The notes below the pieces were generated by a model. It was not told the origin of the DNA, made no database searches, and saw only the letters and a list, made by a program, of their open reading frames with translations. Shown piece by piece: positions 10,468 to 22,109 of a stretch of DNA of 64,000 nt; positions within the stretch are counted from its first letter, which is position 1; each line of letters opens with the position of its first letter. A program made the position numbers and the translations under genes. The DNA lies in NCBI GenBank assembly GCA_946965045.2, contig OX337230.1, positions 806,001 through 870,000 of the forward strand. Reading direction: 5' to 3'. This DNA comes from Epithemia pelagica. Taxonomy: Eukaryota; Protista; Bacillariophyta.

Positions 10468-12720
10468 TCATTTCTTTTTGCCCTTCTTTTTACCCTTTTG
10501 TTTTCCTTTCTTGTGATTCTTGTTGTTGTTGTTGTTGTTGGGTCGATTCTTTGTTGCTGAGGATGGAATTGGCACGGCCATGGTGTCATTAGTACTGTTG
10601 GTCGTTGTGGGACGTGAAATGGCATCCAACAAGGACTGTTCCAAATCGGCCACGAGTTCGGCATTTTCGGCATGACCCACGAGCGCGTGACGCAATCCTT
10701 GTTGGACTTGTGCCATGGATAGTTTGGAAAGATCTTGTCGAACCGACGCAAAAATGACGACATTGACATCCTTTTCGTCGTTGTCGTCGTCGTCCTGGTC
10801 CTGGTCGTCTTGCAAGTGTGGATCGGCAATGACCATGGAAGGAAACACTTTGGAAATATTGTCACAGACCAATCCCAACATGGCTGGATCTCGGGCTGCC
10901 ACATTCATGGCCAAAATGCCGCCCGGTTCTTCCGCGACATTTGTGGTTGTGGTATCGGGTGGGTCGGTGCTCGTCGTGGTCGTTCTTCCGCCGAGCAATC
11001 GGTACAAGCGACGAAGATACTCCAATTGTATAAAGGCAATGGGAGGACACGACATGCCTGTCGTGTGATTTGGTCGCATCACGCAATCAACAAAAACAGC
11101 AACACAAAAGGTACACAAGGAAAATGCCAGAGCAACCAGAGTCAGTCCAGTGAGTGAAAGCTGTTTCATCCACAACATTCCAGAAACGCCCACGTTCTTT
11201 TGTGTCGTGCCTGCAGGTTTGCTCTCTGGAACTGTTTTTGTCGAGTGTGAGACAAGTCTCTCGTAACGGCCGTACGTACCAACGGTGGAATCTTTGGAAT
11301 CGACATCCACGACAATACAGGAAAAGTGACCGGCTGGATAGGTGAGAAGGAGCTTGGACCGGTCGTGGTTGTCGTCGGAAACCGAGGGAGCAGCAGCCGA
11401 AGCAACCAGGGGTATAGTCGTGTCTGTGTTCGCGTCGGAATTCGTAGTGGTAGGCTTGTCGTCGTCGTCGTTGTCGTCGTCGTCGGAATTCGTTTCGGTT
11501 GGCTTGTCGTCGTTGTCCTTGTCCTTGTCGTCATTGTCAGTTTGGTCCGCCGTGTCGCGGACTTGCAGGTCCAATCCATTGCCAATGGCAATGTGGACCA
11601 ACGAAGAGTGAGAGGGGAGACCAAAATAGTCCGTGGCCACGCGAGCCACGACGGCATCCAATTCGACCGCCGTCCAGTCCCAGTGGCATGATAAGTACTG
11701 CAAATGCGTCAACAAGCCGCCTCCCCCCAATCCCACAATCAAACCACGACGTTTGGGAGGTGATGGAGGAGACAAGGACGACGAGGACGGCGACGTTTCC
11801 TCTATGACTGTAGAGGTCGACGTCAAGGCCAAGAGTCCAGCCGCCATGATGCGATGATACTCAAAGGAAACTTGACTGGCATCGACCGTCCATTCCTCCA
11901 TTGGCTGGTCGTTGTCGTCGTTGTTGTTGTGGTTGTTGCTCTTCGTGGTTCGCGTGAGCACGACTTCGGATTGAATGACAAAGGGATTGGACAGGAAATA
12001 CAAGCGTCGCACACGTTCCTGTTCGTGTTCGACCAAGACTTGTTCAATCAAATACGGACCGGAACAGGCCGTCTCCCCTTGATGCAAGATATTTCGTTGT
12101 CCAATCCCATTCAAGGCCATAAAGGGAATGGTATTCGTTTGGGACGACGACGACGACGATCGACGATGGGCGGGTGGCAAAAAGGTGCCTTGTCGTCCCA
12201 GAATTTGCACGACAAAGGTTAATTCGTCTTGAATGGTTTGCGGTGTTTGATAATCACTGTAGGATCGTCCCAGGGCCACGGCAATCAACCGACCGGCTTG
12301 GGCCGATTGACACACTTGCTGCAATCCGCGTCGGGTTCGAAACAAGTATTCCGATTCTCGACCGGCGGGAATCAAAAAGACGGCCGTCGCACAGTGGAGG
12401 GAAACGGTGGTGGTGGTGCTTGTCGTGGTGGTGGAGCGTGTCGAACCACGGTGCAATCCGGGATGGTCGACCACGGTCAATCGATACCGATACGACTCGG
12501 TTCCAGTTCTCCTCGTCGTCGTCGTTGTGGTGGTTTCTTCGTCTTCTGTTTTGGTAGCAGCAGCACCCTGTGGTGGTGATTCGGGATACAACAGGACATG
12601 ATCGAATCGTGTGGCATTCCAGTGATCAAACGAGGCTGGATGCAAGGCCGGTCGGGCCACCAAGGAAATACCATCCTCTTCCTTCTTGTAAGACGACGAC
12701 GACTGTTCCGAGAGACTCAT
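10468..12720 (-). CDS. SAM-dependent methyltransferase resembling the C-terminal (spermidine-synthase-like) domain of METTL13/eEF1A-KNMT; probable intron 11279-11058
   Basis: AVFLIPAGRESEYLF, LIVGLGGGGL, VELDAVVARVATDYFG, VVDVDSKD, and G|MSCPP after splicing. Confidence 0.75.
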   Translation of the reverse strand: MSLSEQSSSSYKKEEDGISLVARPALHPASFDHWNATRFDHVLLYPESPPQGAAATKTEDEETTTTTTTRRTGTESYRYRLTVVDHPGLHRGSTRSTTTTSTTTTVSLHCATAVFLIPAGRESEYLFRTRRGLQQVCQSAQAGRLIAVALGRSYSDYQTPQTIQDELTFVVQILGRQGTFLPPAHRRSSSSSSQTNTIPFMALNGIGQRNILHQGETACSGPYLIEQVLVEHEQERVRRLYFLSNPFVIQSEVVLTRTTKSNNHNNNDDNDQPMEEWTVDASQVSFEYHRIMAAGLLALTSTSTVIEETSPSSSSLSPPSPPKRRGLIVGLGGGGLLTHLQYLSCHWDWTAVELDAVVARVATDYFGLPSHSSLVHIAIGNGLDLQVRDTADQTDNDDKDKDNDDKPTETNSDDDDNDDDDKPTTTNSDANTDTTIPLVASAAAPSVSDDNHDRSKLLLTYPAGHFSCIVVDVDSKDSTVGTYGRYERLVSHSTKTVPESKPAGTTQKNVGVSGMLWMKQLSLTGLTLVALAFSLCTFCVAVFVDCVMRPNHTTGMSCPPIAFIQLEYLRRLYRLLGGRTTTTSTDPPDTTTTNVAEEPGGILAMNVAARDPAMLGLVCDNISKVFPSMVIADPHLQDDQDQDDDDNDEKDVNVVIFASVRQDLSKLSMAQVQQGLRHALVGHAENAELVADLEQSLLDAISRPTTTNSTNDTMAVPIPSSATKNRPNNNNNNKNHKKGKQKGKKKGKKK

Positions 12721-13338
12721 TCTTCTCCACTTACAGGTAGTCTACGATTATTGTCGAAGTGGTTTATCCACAAACAATACTTGTTGATTGGATCTTTGGG
12801 AGGCAAAATGAGACAAAATCGAAAAAGATCATTCCCGTAACGAATGCACTATGGTAGCTGCGTGCTCTCGACTTTCTGTCTGTCGGCACGCGCCGGCGCT
12901 ACATTTACACGCAGGCCCACTATTGTGCCGGCGTGATTCGGCTCACTTGTCGTGTCATTTTTTCTCGCGTCGTTGGAATCATGTCGTGGCAATGAGATGG
13001 TGGTGGTGCTGTTGCGTCCATCACTGCTACTGTTCTCGTGAACCAGAACCTCTCTCTCCAACAACAGCAGTGCCGTGAACGCAACGAGAAAGTCTTGTGT
13101 CCACGTTCTCGGGGTCCATTATTGTTTGTACTCAAGGACACAAGACTTGCCAATCGTTTTTGTGGTGTAATAAATTAGAAACAAGCTTTTCTGCACAAGA
13201 GAAGGTCATCGCCCACAAACAAACTCGATTCCGTTCCGTACCCTCATTCACAGTTCCTTCGACAACCGAGATTGATCCCTTTCGTGCATCTTTTTGCTGC
13301 ACATACAACAACAACTACAAGTACTACGACACAAGAAG

Positions 13339-15739
13339 ATGATTTCGTTGGAACCCTCTCGTCTCATGCCCAATATTTATTTTTTGGGCTTCAAGACCGG
13401 TCAAGCCTTGCATTATTTGACCAGTTCGGCTCTTTCCACCTCGTCCCAATTGCCGTCCTTGGATCAAGTGGGACATGCCATTTGGGAATTTCCCACGAGT
13501 ACGTACACCTCACACACCGCGTTTGTCCCTGATTGGTTCCTGGACAAGCAATGGACCCACGGTCGTTTGTGCTCATACGACAACAACTCACCAACCTGCG
13601 TCGTATGAATTCCTGTCTTTCCTTTTCGTGTGCTTTTTTCATTTGGATTGTCAAAACCAATTTCGTTTCCCGCTGTTGTCAACAGCCTACGGCCATTGGT
13701 GGTGGAATTTGGTCCGCAACGATCCCATTCATGTCTTGGTGGAAACCACGTTGATTGTCTCGATTTTGTACATTTTGGTGGCCCGATCTCAGGATTGGAA
13801 AGAAACCGAAGAGCATTTGAGTGTCAAGGAAGAAGAAGAATTGTTGCGCGAATGGAAAATGCATGGACGGGCTTCCTTGACACCCTCCTTGGAGGGAGCT
13901 CCCAGTACCACCACAACGACAACGACCACCAAAGGCGGTACGATCAGCAACAGTGCTGCGGCTGCTACCAACGCCACGGTGCCGGGTGCGAATCGTGGCA
14001 GCAGCAGCAAAGACACGAGCACGTCCAGTACGAGTACGACACCGCGCAGTGCTCCGTATTCGTTGGTCGTTCACAAAGTGCACGGTGCGTATATGGATAT
14101 TACCATGGATCGAGACGCCGAGGACGCCCATTCCACACCAACTAGTACTTCGGCAACAACAACAACGGCATTGTCCAACAGCAAAGGAACCAAGACGGGA
14201 GGACCAAGTTCCACGCGGTCCAAATTCTTGTCGCACAAACAACAACAACAACAACAATCGCAACAACCACCTTCCAACAATACCAACAATCACAAGGAAC
14301 ATCTCTTGACTGTGTTGAATTTTTCCACCTTTGATTATTTGGGCATGTCCAGCAATCAACCCAGTGTCCGACAAGCCGCCGATCGGGCGCTCAACATTTA
14401 TGGGTGTGGTTCCTGTGGACCTCGCGGTTTTTATGGAACTATTGATGCTCATTTGCAATTGGAACAAGAATTCTCGCAGTTTTTGGGTGTCGATGGTGCC
14501 ATTTTGTATTCCGATGGAGCCAGTACCTGTGCCTCTACCATTGCCGCCTTTTGCAAACGCGGTGATTTGATTGTCTGCGACGAAGGTATTTACGAACCCC
14601 TCCGGACCGGTGTGACGCTCAGTCGAGCCCATTTGAAATGGTTCAAACACAATGATATGCAGGATTTGCGTCGGGTCTTGACCAGTATTCAAGAACACGA
14701 TGCGCAAGTGAAACGACCCATCAATGCGCAGCGACGATTCTTGGTTGTGGAAGGCTTGTATCGGACGACGGGCAGTATTGTGCCGCTCAAGGAATTGGTG
14801 GCCTTGAAACACGAATTTAGTTATCGACTTATTTTGGACGAATCCAATAGTTTTGGAACCTTGGGTGCGACCGGACGGGGTGTCCACGAATTGTTTCAAT
14901 GTCGACTCATGCACGATGTTGAAATTACGACCATTGCCTTGGAAAATAGCATGGGGGCCATTGGTGGCATTACGGTCGGCAGCGAAGAAGTGGTGGAACA
15001 TCAACGCTTGTCCGGATCCGGTTATTGCTTTTCGGCCTCGTCGCCACCCTTTACCGCCACGGCTGCCATGCAATCCTTGAAATTGTTGCGAGAGTCGCCC
15101 GATACAACGCTTCATCCGTTGCAAGATAACATTGCCTACATGTATTACAAGTTGACACAATTGTGTCAAGAACAATTGGACGACGTCTTGTTGGTTACTT
15201 CGGCCCCCAATTCTCCCATTTTACTCTTGCAAGTGGCCGATATTCCCGAAACGCGCGATTTGGAGGAAGTCTTGTTTTTGCAAGAAGTCGTTCAAGAATG
15301 TTTGTGGTTGCAACCTCGACCAGCTTCGACTTCGGCATGGACGGCCACACTTACGACACCACCCTCCAGTGCCGGTGCGGCGTCGACCACGACGAGTGCT
15401 TCGGGGGGTGGAGCCGGAGCCAACACGTCCAATCCGTCCTCCCTGACGACAGCGTCATCGAACAATACGGCCAACAACCTGAACACTACGGCCGGTTCTT
15501 CCACATTGGCCTCATCGGATGCCTTGGCCTCATCGGCGGCCGCATCCTTGTCATCTTCCTCATCTTCCACGACAACGGCCGTGGCACGCATGGGAGGCAT
15601 GGTCGTCATGGCGGTCCAATCCCCTCCCGGTATCCGCATTACCGTTTCCGCTGCGCATTCCCACGAACAATTGGATCAATGTTTGCATCTCTTGACCGAA
15701 TCGGTCGAAATTGTCTTGGGTCGCATGTCACAATGTTAA
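13339..15739 (+). CDS. LCB1: Serine palmitoyltransferase subunit LCB1 (SPTLC1-like); exon 1 about 13339-13498, exon 2 13686-15739
   Basis: N-terminal TM (HVLVETTLIVSILYIL), YGCGSCGPRGFYGTIDAHL, FLVVEGLY, LILDES and SGYCFSASSPP. The intron GTACG...AACAG gives EFPT-T-YGHWWW. The start codon is uncertain. Confidence 0.92.
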
Positions 15740-15942
15740 TAAAAACCAAACATAATACTCCAACTCGCCTTTTTTTCGAATCGACAGGAGGAACGAGATC
15801 TTCAAGATGCCCACGGAAGGTGGAACGCTTGCATAAGGCTGAGAAAGTTTTCAGAATAGGCAAGATGGAACTATGGATTACGATAATTTCGTACAGTAAA
15901 AACGAAGACCTCCTCAGACTAGTATTCCCTATTTAGAAAAGA

Positions 15943-16740
15943 TCACGGCGTCCAGTTGGTACCCAGCACAGCATTGAGGCCATTCACGATTTCGTTCCAA
16001 TCGTACGAGGTTCCCAAGACAAAGTTAGTCAGTTCAATCCACTTGTCCCAGCGATTAATGGTTTCGAGGAGAATGATGACCACCAAACCATGAATGGCTT
16101 GAATGACGTAGAGTGGTGTTTGTTTGGGCAACCAGTGGGGGACCGAAAAGCCACTAGGAGTCACATCCTGAACCGTGCAACAATCGCCCAGTTCGTTTTG
16201 AATTTTGGTCGTGGCATAACAATAAAAGGCCGCCCACGATGCAAGACAATCCTTGAGCACTTCGAGGGACGAACGATCCGGGTACAGCCAGACCGACAGG
16301 GCCACAATCCCAGTCAACCCCAGTCCCAAGGTCGCATACATGGTCTTCCACTGGACTTCGGCCGTTCGACCCGTGGCATCGTCTGCGTACACTTGACGAA
16401 AGAGATTCAAGAGAGGATTTTCGACCAACGTTTTGTTTTGAAACGTCAAGTCGTTGGGAACAAAGGTTGTCAGGTAGTAGGGCAGCAGAGCTCCCGCTAC
16501 AGTCACGAGACCGTAAAAGACTTTCTCCTCTTCACTCACTGAAGCGGGGAGGAAAAGTCCGAGTTTCGTTGTGCTCACGTCTCGTGGACAAGCAGGGGGA
16601 TGGTACAAGTTTGTCAGAGAGGGACTCAGCATCCTTGCAGCACTTCTCTTCGGGGCGGGAAATGGCTGGTGAAAGCTCAAGGCAAGATCTGCACCGGCAA
16701 GGAGAACAAGAGGGAACGCGAGAAATGTTGTTTGTACCAT
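15943..16740 (-). CDS. Uncharacterised 265-aa membrane protein with predicted bipartite plastid-targeting presequence
   Basis: Signal peptide ending LALS-F (ASAF-like, Phe at +1), then an S/R/P-rich transit-like segment and several hydrophobic helices. Confidence 0.65.
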   Translation of the reverse strand: MVQTTFLAFPLVLLAGADLALSFHQPFPAPKRSAARMLSPSLTNLYHPPACPRDVSTTKLGLFLPASVSEEEKVFYGLVTVAGALLPYYLTTFVPNDLTFQNKTLVENPLLNLFRQVYADDATGRTAEVQWKTMYATLGLGLTGIVALSVWLYPDRSSLEVLKDCLASWAAFYCYATTKIQNELGDCCTVQDVTPSGFSVPHWLPKQTPLYVIQAIHGLVVIILLETINRWDKWIELTNFVLGTSYDWNEIVNGLNAVLGTNWTP

Positions 16741-16947
16741 CGTTCAAGGGGATCAGGAATCAGGTTTTCTTTTGTGCGTTTTGCTTGTCTCTTTTTTGCT
16801 TGTTGCGTGTGTTTGCACCATGATGACGAGGAGGACTCGACCACTGGGTTGTGGTGACCAGTCATTATTCAATCCATAATAATCCAGATATCTCTAGCGG
16901 TGCTATTGATTTTTCGAGGACCGCACTCACGATTTCCGCGAGATGGT

Positions 16948-16992
16948 GTAAGTTGGAGCGAGCCCGAAGAGAGCAAGGCGCGCGTGACTCTT
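16948..16992 (+). repeat. Left copy of a ~45-bp direct repeat bounding the CDPK cassette
   Basis: gtaagttggagcgagcccgaagagagcaaggcgcgcgtgactctt; near-identical copy at 20397-20442 and a single reverse-complement copy near 33800-33845. Confidence 0.9.
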
Positions 16993-17569
16993 GTTCCTTG
17001 TTCGTCCCCCCCACCTTACTGGTACTCCTACGACATCATAATTAATAGGAGTAGGTAGTACTCTGACTGGTTATTGGGGGGTTTAATAGAAGCACCCTGT
17101 TCCCTGTTGCACCCAGTCCTTCCCACTTGCCAGGTCGTTTATATTTCGCTGATCCGCCCACACAAATTCACAAATCCAAACTACGAGAACTTTGCGGGTC
17201 GCTGTCCTTTGTCCTTGTCCTGGGGGCTTTCGGGAGAGGGAGAAACACAAACCTCTGCACAGCACAACGCCAATTCCGATGAATTCCGATTGAGAGAAAT
17301 CATGGACAAAACTAGAAAGATTGCACAGAAGCGCATACTCTTGACAACCAGCGAGCTTAAGCGCATGGAACACTGCATCCACCAAGGAGTGCACCAGAGA
17401 AAAGGATGTCATCCTCGTCTCATAATATCGGTTCCGTGTCCTAGGAACCAAAGATAGTTCCAGAGCACCGGTCCAACACTAATGCAAGACAGTTCCATTC
17501 AGTCTTGTTGTTGTTGGAGCAAATCAATCTAGTTTGGAGTGTGAGTTTGTCTTTCGCTGGTTCCTCATC

Positions 17570-19481
17570 ATGGGTTGTACTGCCTCAACCGAACGGGAGG
17601 CTTTGCCGTCGCACCACAACCGGAATAAGAACCATTCATTGACTCCAGAACAAGCCGTCGTAGCTTTGGCCTTGCCGCCGCCAAACGAGCCTACCCATGG
17701 TCGGATCGTGGAGTTTTCCAGCAATGTGACGGATTGTTATGCCGTCCAAAAACAAATTGGAGAAGGATCTATTAGCAACATTTACCTTGTCCAACGAAGA
17801 ATGGCAGCCCACGTGACAACGACAAGTGTGGAACAAGACGCACCATCAGCCCTTGAACAAGCAACACCACCTGCCACAAGTTTGTTGGGTAGCAATATGT
17901 ATGCCCTCAAAGAAATTGATATGGAGTTGGTCGAGCCACAATTTCTCGACGAAATGCGCAATGAAATCAACTTGCTCAAAATCATTGATCATCCCAACAT
18001 TCTCAAGGCCTTTGAAGTCTACGACACGCAAAAGAAGAGCAACCAGGTGAGCAACAACAAGACCGGGGCATCATCCACCAAACCACAACAACTACCACCA
18101 GAAGGACCCGTGATTAGTATTGTAATGGAATATTGCAGTGGTGGTGATCTTCACACACGATCCCCCTGTTCTTCGGAACACCAAGCCAAGGCGATTGTGG
18201 CCAAACTTGTGGGAGCCGTAAATTACCTGCATTTGTTGGGCATTATTGTACGTATTGTGATTAACTCTTGTTTCCTTGTTGGAAGAACAACAATCCATCC
18301 CTTCTTCTGCGTCTTACCGGAACATTTCCTTTTTCTTGATATGACAGCATCGCGACATTTAACACGAAAACATCATGTTTGAAAGTACTGCACCCGACGC
18401 CGAAGTGAAGTTAATTGATTTTGGATTGGCCCAACGCTATGGCAAGAATCAGCGATTCACCGACAAGGTTGGCACCGTCTATACCATGAGCCCCCAAGTC
18501 ATCAAGGGGGACTATGACAACCAGGCCGACATGTGGTCCATTGGGGTCGTCACATACATGTTACTGGTGGGTGACATGCCCTTTAAGGGTAGAACCCGCA
18601 AGGAAATGGCTCGAAAGATTGTGGCTGGCAAATACAATCTAAAAGGCAAACAATGGAAACACATTTCCAGAGAAGCCAAGGAATTTATCACGAATTGTTT
18701 GCAAATGGAACCCCAATTACGGTATACGGCCGATCAAGCCATGAAATCACCGTGGTTGTCGGAAATTACCATAAAACAATCATTTGACTTGAGACGTCAA
18801 AGTACGCTCTGTCTCTTGGACCATATTGCCTCCTCCCATAGGGGACAATTACTTGAAGATGGTGATGAGGACAGCAGCAGCAGTGATGCTGGAAGCGACG
18901 AGAACGGCATTGTGGAATCCTCCGATTTTCGCAAAATGGTTTTGTTGACCATTGCCCACAAGAGTTCGTCGCAACGAGAAATTCTCAAACTTCGTCAAGT
19001 TTTTCATTCCCTGGATTCCAATCACGATGGAACCCTGTCCGTCGAAGAATTGCAAACCGGTATGGAACGGGCTGGCTTTGGTCCAAACATGTGTGTTGAT
19101 GCATGGTTTCAAAAGGCCGCTGTGAATACGACAGGAGAAGTTCGTTATACCGAATTCATTGCCGCCTTGCTCGAAACACAGGGTGAATTGCAACCGGACA
19201 AGGTCTTGGAGGCCTTTCATAGCTTGGATATGGATCGAAGCGGGTACATTACTCGAAATAACTTGAAGAATGCCCTGGACATGTCCAATAGTGACAGCGA
19301 TTACCTGGGCCGCTTAGTGGAGCAAGCCGACACCGATGGGGATGGGAAGATCTCGTTCGAAGACTTTCAATCCGCGATCCATCGAGAAAGGTTCCAGAAC
19401 AAGCAATGTCATCCTTTCCTGAAGAGGGCAGGAACCTCTGACATTACCGTAGTAGAAGAAGAGAAGAAGAACGATGAATAG
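17570..19481 (+). pseudogene. Calcium-dependent protein kinase (kinase + EF-hands) with premature TAA at 18360-18362
   Basis: MGCTAS N-terminus (myristoylation/palmitoylation-like), IGEGSISNIY, YALKEI, intron 18248-18347, HRDI*HENIMF, DFG, and EF-hands DSNHDGTLSVEE, DMDRSGYITRNN, DTDGDGKISFED. Confidence 0.88.
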
Positions 19482-20396
19482 AACGTGACAGGCATACCAT
19501 CTTTCGTTTATGGTGGTTATGCATAGTTGTTGGGAGATGTGGCGAATGCACGGCGTGTTTGTCTCGTCTATAGTGTAACAATAGAGAGTGACAGAACTCA
19601 ACCCGGAAAACCGTTTTGCAAGTGCTGCCATCACCAGAGACAAGTCGTATCGTGTTAAGTACTAGGTCCACATGGCACACAGTAGTTGGGATGCATAAGG
19701 TTTGTGTATGATATTGCATCATGCATTCTCCTTCTTTCAATGTTGAGTACTCCCCTTCCACCAGAGTCAATGAATAGAGAGGGTAGAAATAGCTTCATTT
19801 CCTCGATGTCTTGGACTTGCTCTCTCAGCTTGCATTTCGGAATTGTGCCCGCATCGTTCTTCATTTTCTTTGTCTTGTTGAGGAGCGGTGGTTGCGTATA
19901 TGGATACAAGGCTTTGGAAATATCTGGTGTTTGGTACTGTTTGATACTACTCTACATCCAGAATATTCATCTCTTCTACTATGCTTAGGGCTTGTTGTGC
20001 TGCTCGATCTACTTAGAAGGGTATGCCTACCTTTGGCAAGTCTCTGGTCCATCTGGAGGTTGTTGTCGTTTGTAATTCTCAATTTGAGAGAATAGTCTTA
20101 CGACACTCGTAGAAAGCTCGTCCAACTTGTGTGTGGAATGTGGATGTGTGTAGAGTGTAGACTCGCATGTCCGACGAATACGAGTACCTTACTATTTCTG
20201 CGCTCACTACTCTCCCTCGTCCAATTTCAGCTGGGCTTACTACTCTCCCTCGTCCAATTTCGAGCGTCTGTCCTACTCCTACTCTTACTTGTACTCCTCT
20301 ATTTCATGTCATGCAGTCTCCTGGTAGCTAGGTATTATTTCGATGTCTTCTAGGAGTAGGTAGTAGAGCTACTGTCGTCGGGGAGTAGGAGTATCC

Positions 20397-20442
20397 GTAA
20401 GTTAGAGCGAGCCCGAGGAGAGCAAGGCGCGCGTTGACTCTT
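20397..20442 (+). repeat. Right copy of the ~45-bp direct repeat bounding the CDPK cassette
   Basis: gtaagttagagcgagcccgaggagagcaaggcgcgcgttgactctt: 2 substitutions and 1 indel relative to 16948-16992. Confidence 0.9.
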
Positions 20443-20957
20443 ACGCATCGAACGCAAGCCAACAATCAATGACAAGAACAGACACCGAAATGGGTTTCAT
20501 AACGTAGGTCTGGTGAGACTACCGTAGACCGTAGACACCGATAGAGCATGGGACGGATTGACGCCGATACAACGAGGAGAAGATGCCTTCTCGATGTCCC
20601 AGTCACTTCATGGAGTTTTGGTACCTTCGATGATGGATCCTGTTCCACGAATAAGAGTGTTTTTGTATGTTGTATGTTGTTGATCAAGCGTGAAACTTGA
20701 GGAGTGGTTTCGACTTCAACAGATAAATGAATGAATGGCATCGGAGCATCAACGTGTGGTCGATACACCAAGAGAGTGCAAGCCCGTGGTTTCAGTCGTG
20801 GATATTAACAGTCAACAAATGATAGAAAACCCAACTCAGCAGGATATGCGCTTTCGTGGGAAACGTTGCTGTAGTGGCAAACGTCTTTCGGATTGGGAAA
20901 AGATACAAAACAGGGCTTGCCACAACCTCTTAAGGAACATCTAATTGAGTTGCCACC

Positions 20958-22109
20958 ATGATGAAAGTCCACGAACTAGCGGTTTTATACGGGCTGACCT
21001 TTCCAGAGTGCAAAGACAAAACAAGCACACCGCAATGGCAGTCATCTGATTTGCCTCCACTTAGGGGTGGTTGGCCTCGGTTCTATGCGTCTGTGGTTGT
21101 GAAACACCCCGACAACGACCAAGAGGAGATTGTTGTGATACTAGGCGGAACAGAGTGGAGAAGCCACAAAGGACTGAATTCGGTTCATCTTTTGATGATT
21201 GGAAAAGAGGACAAAGAGTGTCATGAGGGACCCGTCATGAACGAGGTTCGACAGGACCCTGCCGCAGTAGTCTGCAATGGCTCTGTGTATGCCCTCGGAG
21301 GATGGAATGACTTGTCTTCGCTGGATACTATAGAACGTATTCCTGTCAGAGACTTGATTCGTCCATCCTCGACAAGTAACAGCACGACCGCATGGACTAC
21401 ATTGGACTGCCGTTTGTCTACTGAGCGAGAAGGATGTGGCGCTGTCGTCGTGCATGACAGATTTATTGTGGTGGCGGGTGGATGGAATGTCGATAAAGTT
21501 GTATTATCTGTGGACATTGTTGACACTGCATCCAACAGTCAATGCTCTGTCTCAGTCGGACCATCGTTGAGCGAAGGTCGGGTGAGCTTTGGAATGGCTG
21601 TGATTGGTCAACGCATTTATGTCGTTGGTGGGAAACAATATGGCATTCCTCTGAGCTCTGTGGAATACCTGGAGTTTGATGACCGGTTGAACGATACCTC
21701 AACAAGTGAGCCATCTGTTTTCCAAACGGCCATGTCCTGGCAAACAGACAAGGATATCTTTCTCGACATGAACCGGCGTGATCATGCTGTGGTCAATGTG
21801 GGATCTTGTCTTGTTATTGTAGGAGGCCGGAAACAAGGAAGCGCCTACTGGGTGAAGGTCGTGCATACTCAACATTCCATTTCATGGAAGCTTCCAGACA
21901 TTACAAGGGGAACAACGAGTCCTTTTAAAGTGCTTGCCTTGTCAGATGGCATTCTTGTGATTGGAGGTGACAACGAGAAAGCGTTTAGTGAAAAACTCTC
22001 ACTTATTGACAAAAACTCGGCAGTGTTTACTCGGATGTTGGAAATGGGCTGGTCGCGGCGCGCGGCTCACCTTCCAACCAAAGACGATGAGAAACAAGAT
22101 TTCTCTTGA
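20958..22109 (+). CDS. Kelch-repeat beta-propeller protein (copy A)
   Basis: Repeated Kelch signatures VYALGG, FIVVAGG, IYVVGG, LVIVGG, LVIGG with downstream Trp; no BTB domain seen. Confidence 0.88.
   Translation: MMKVHELAVLYGLTFPECKDKTSTPQWQSSDLPPLRGGWPRFYASVVVKHPDNDQEEIVVILGGTEWRSHKGLNSVHLLMIGKEDKECHEGPVMNEVRQDPAAVVCNGSVYALGGWNDLSSLDTIERIPVRDLIRPSSTSNSTTAWTTLDCRLSTEREGCGAVVVHDRFIVVAGGWNVDKVVLSVDIVDTASNSQCSVSVGPSLSEGRVSFGMAVIGQRIYVVGGKQYGIPLSSVEYLEFDDRLNDTSTSEPSVFQTAMSWQTDKDIFLDMNRRDHAVVNVGSCLVIVGGRKQGSAYWVKVVHTQHSISWKLPDITRGTTSPFKVLALSDGILVIGGDNEKAFSEKLSLIDKNSAVFTRMLEMGWSRRAAHLPTKDDEKQDFS

Noticed and set aside
15295-15345. LCB1: a VVAT-like motif appears in a shifted frame, suggesting a compensated frameshift
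   Set aside because: The main frame stays open to a sensible C-terminus, and without an ortholog alignment a lesion cannot be supported.
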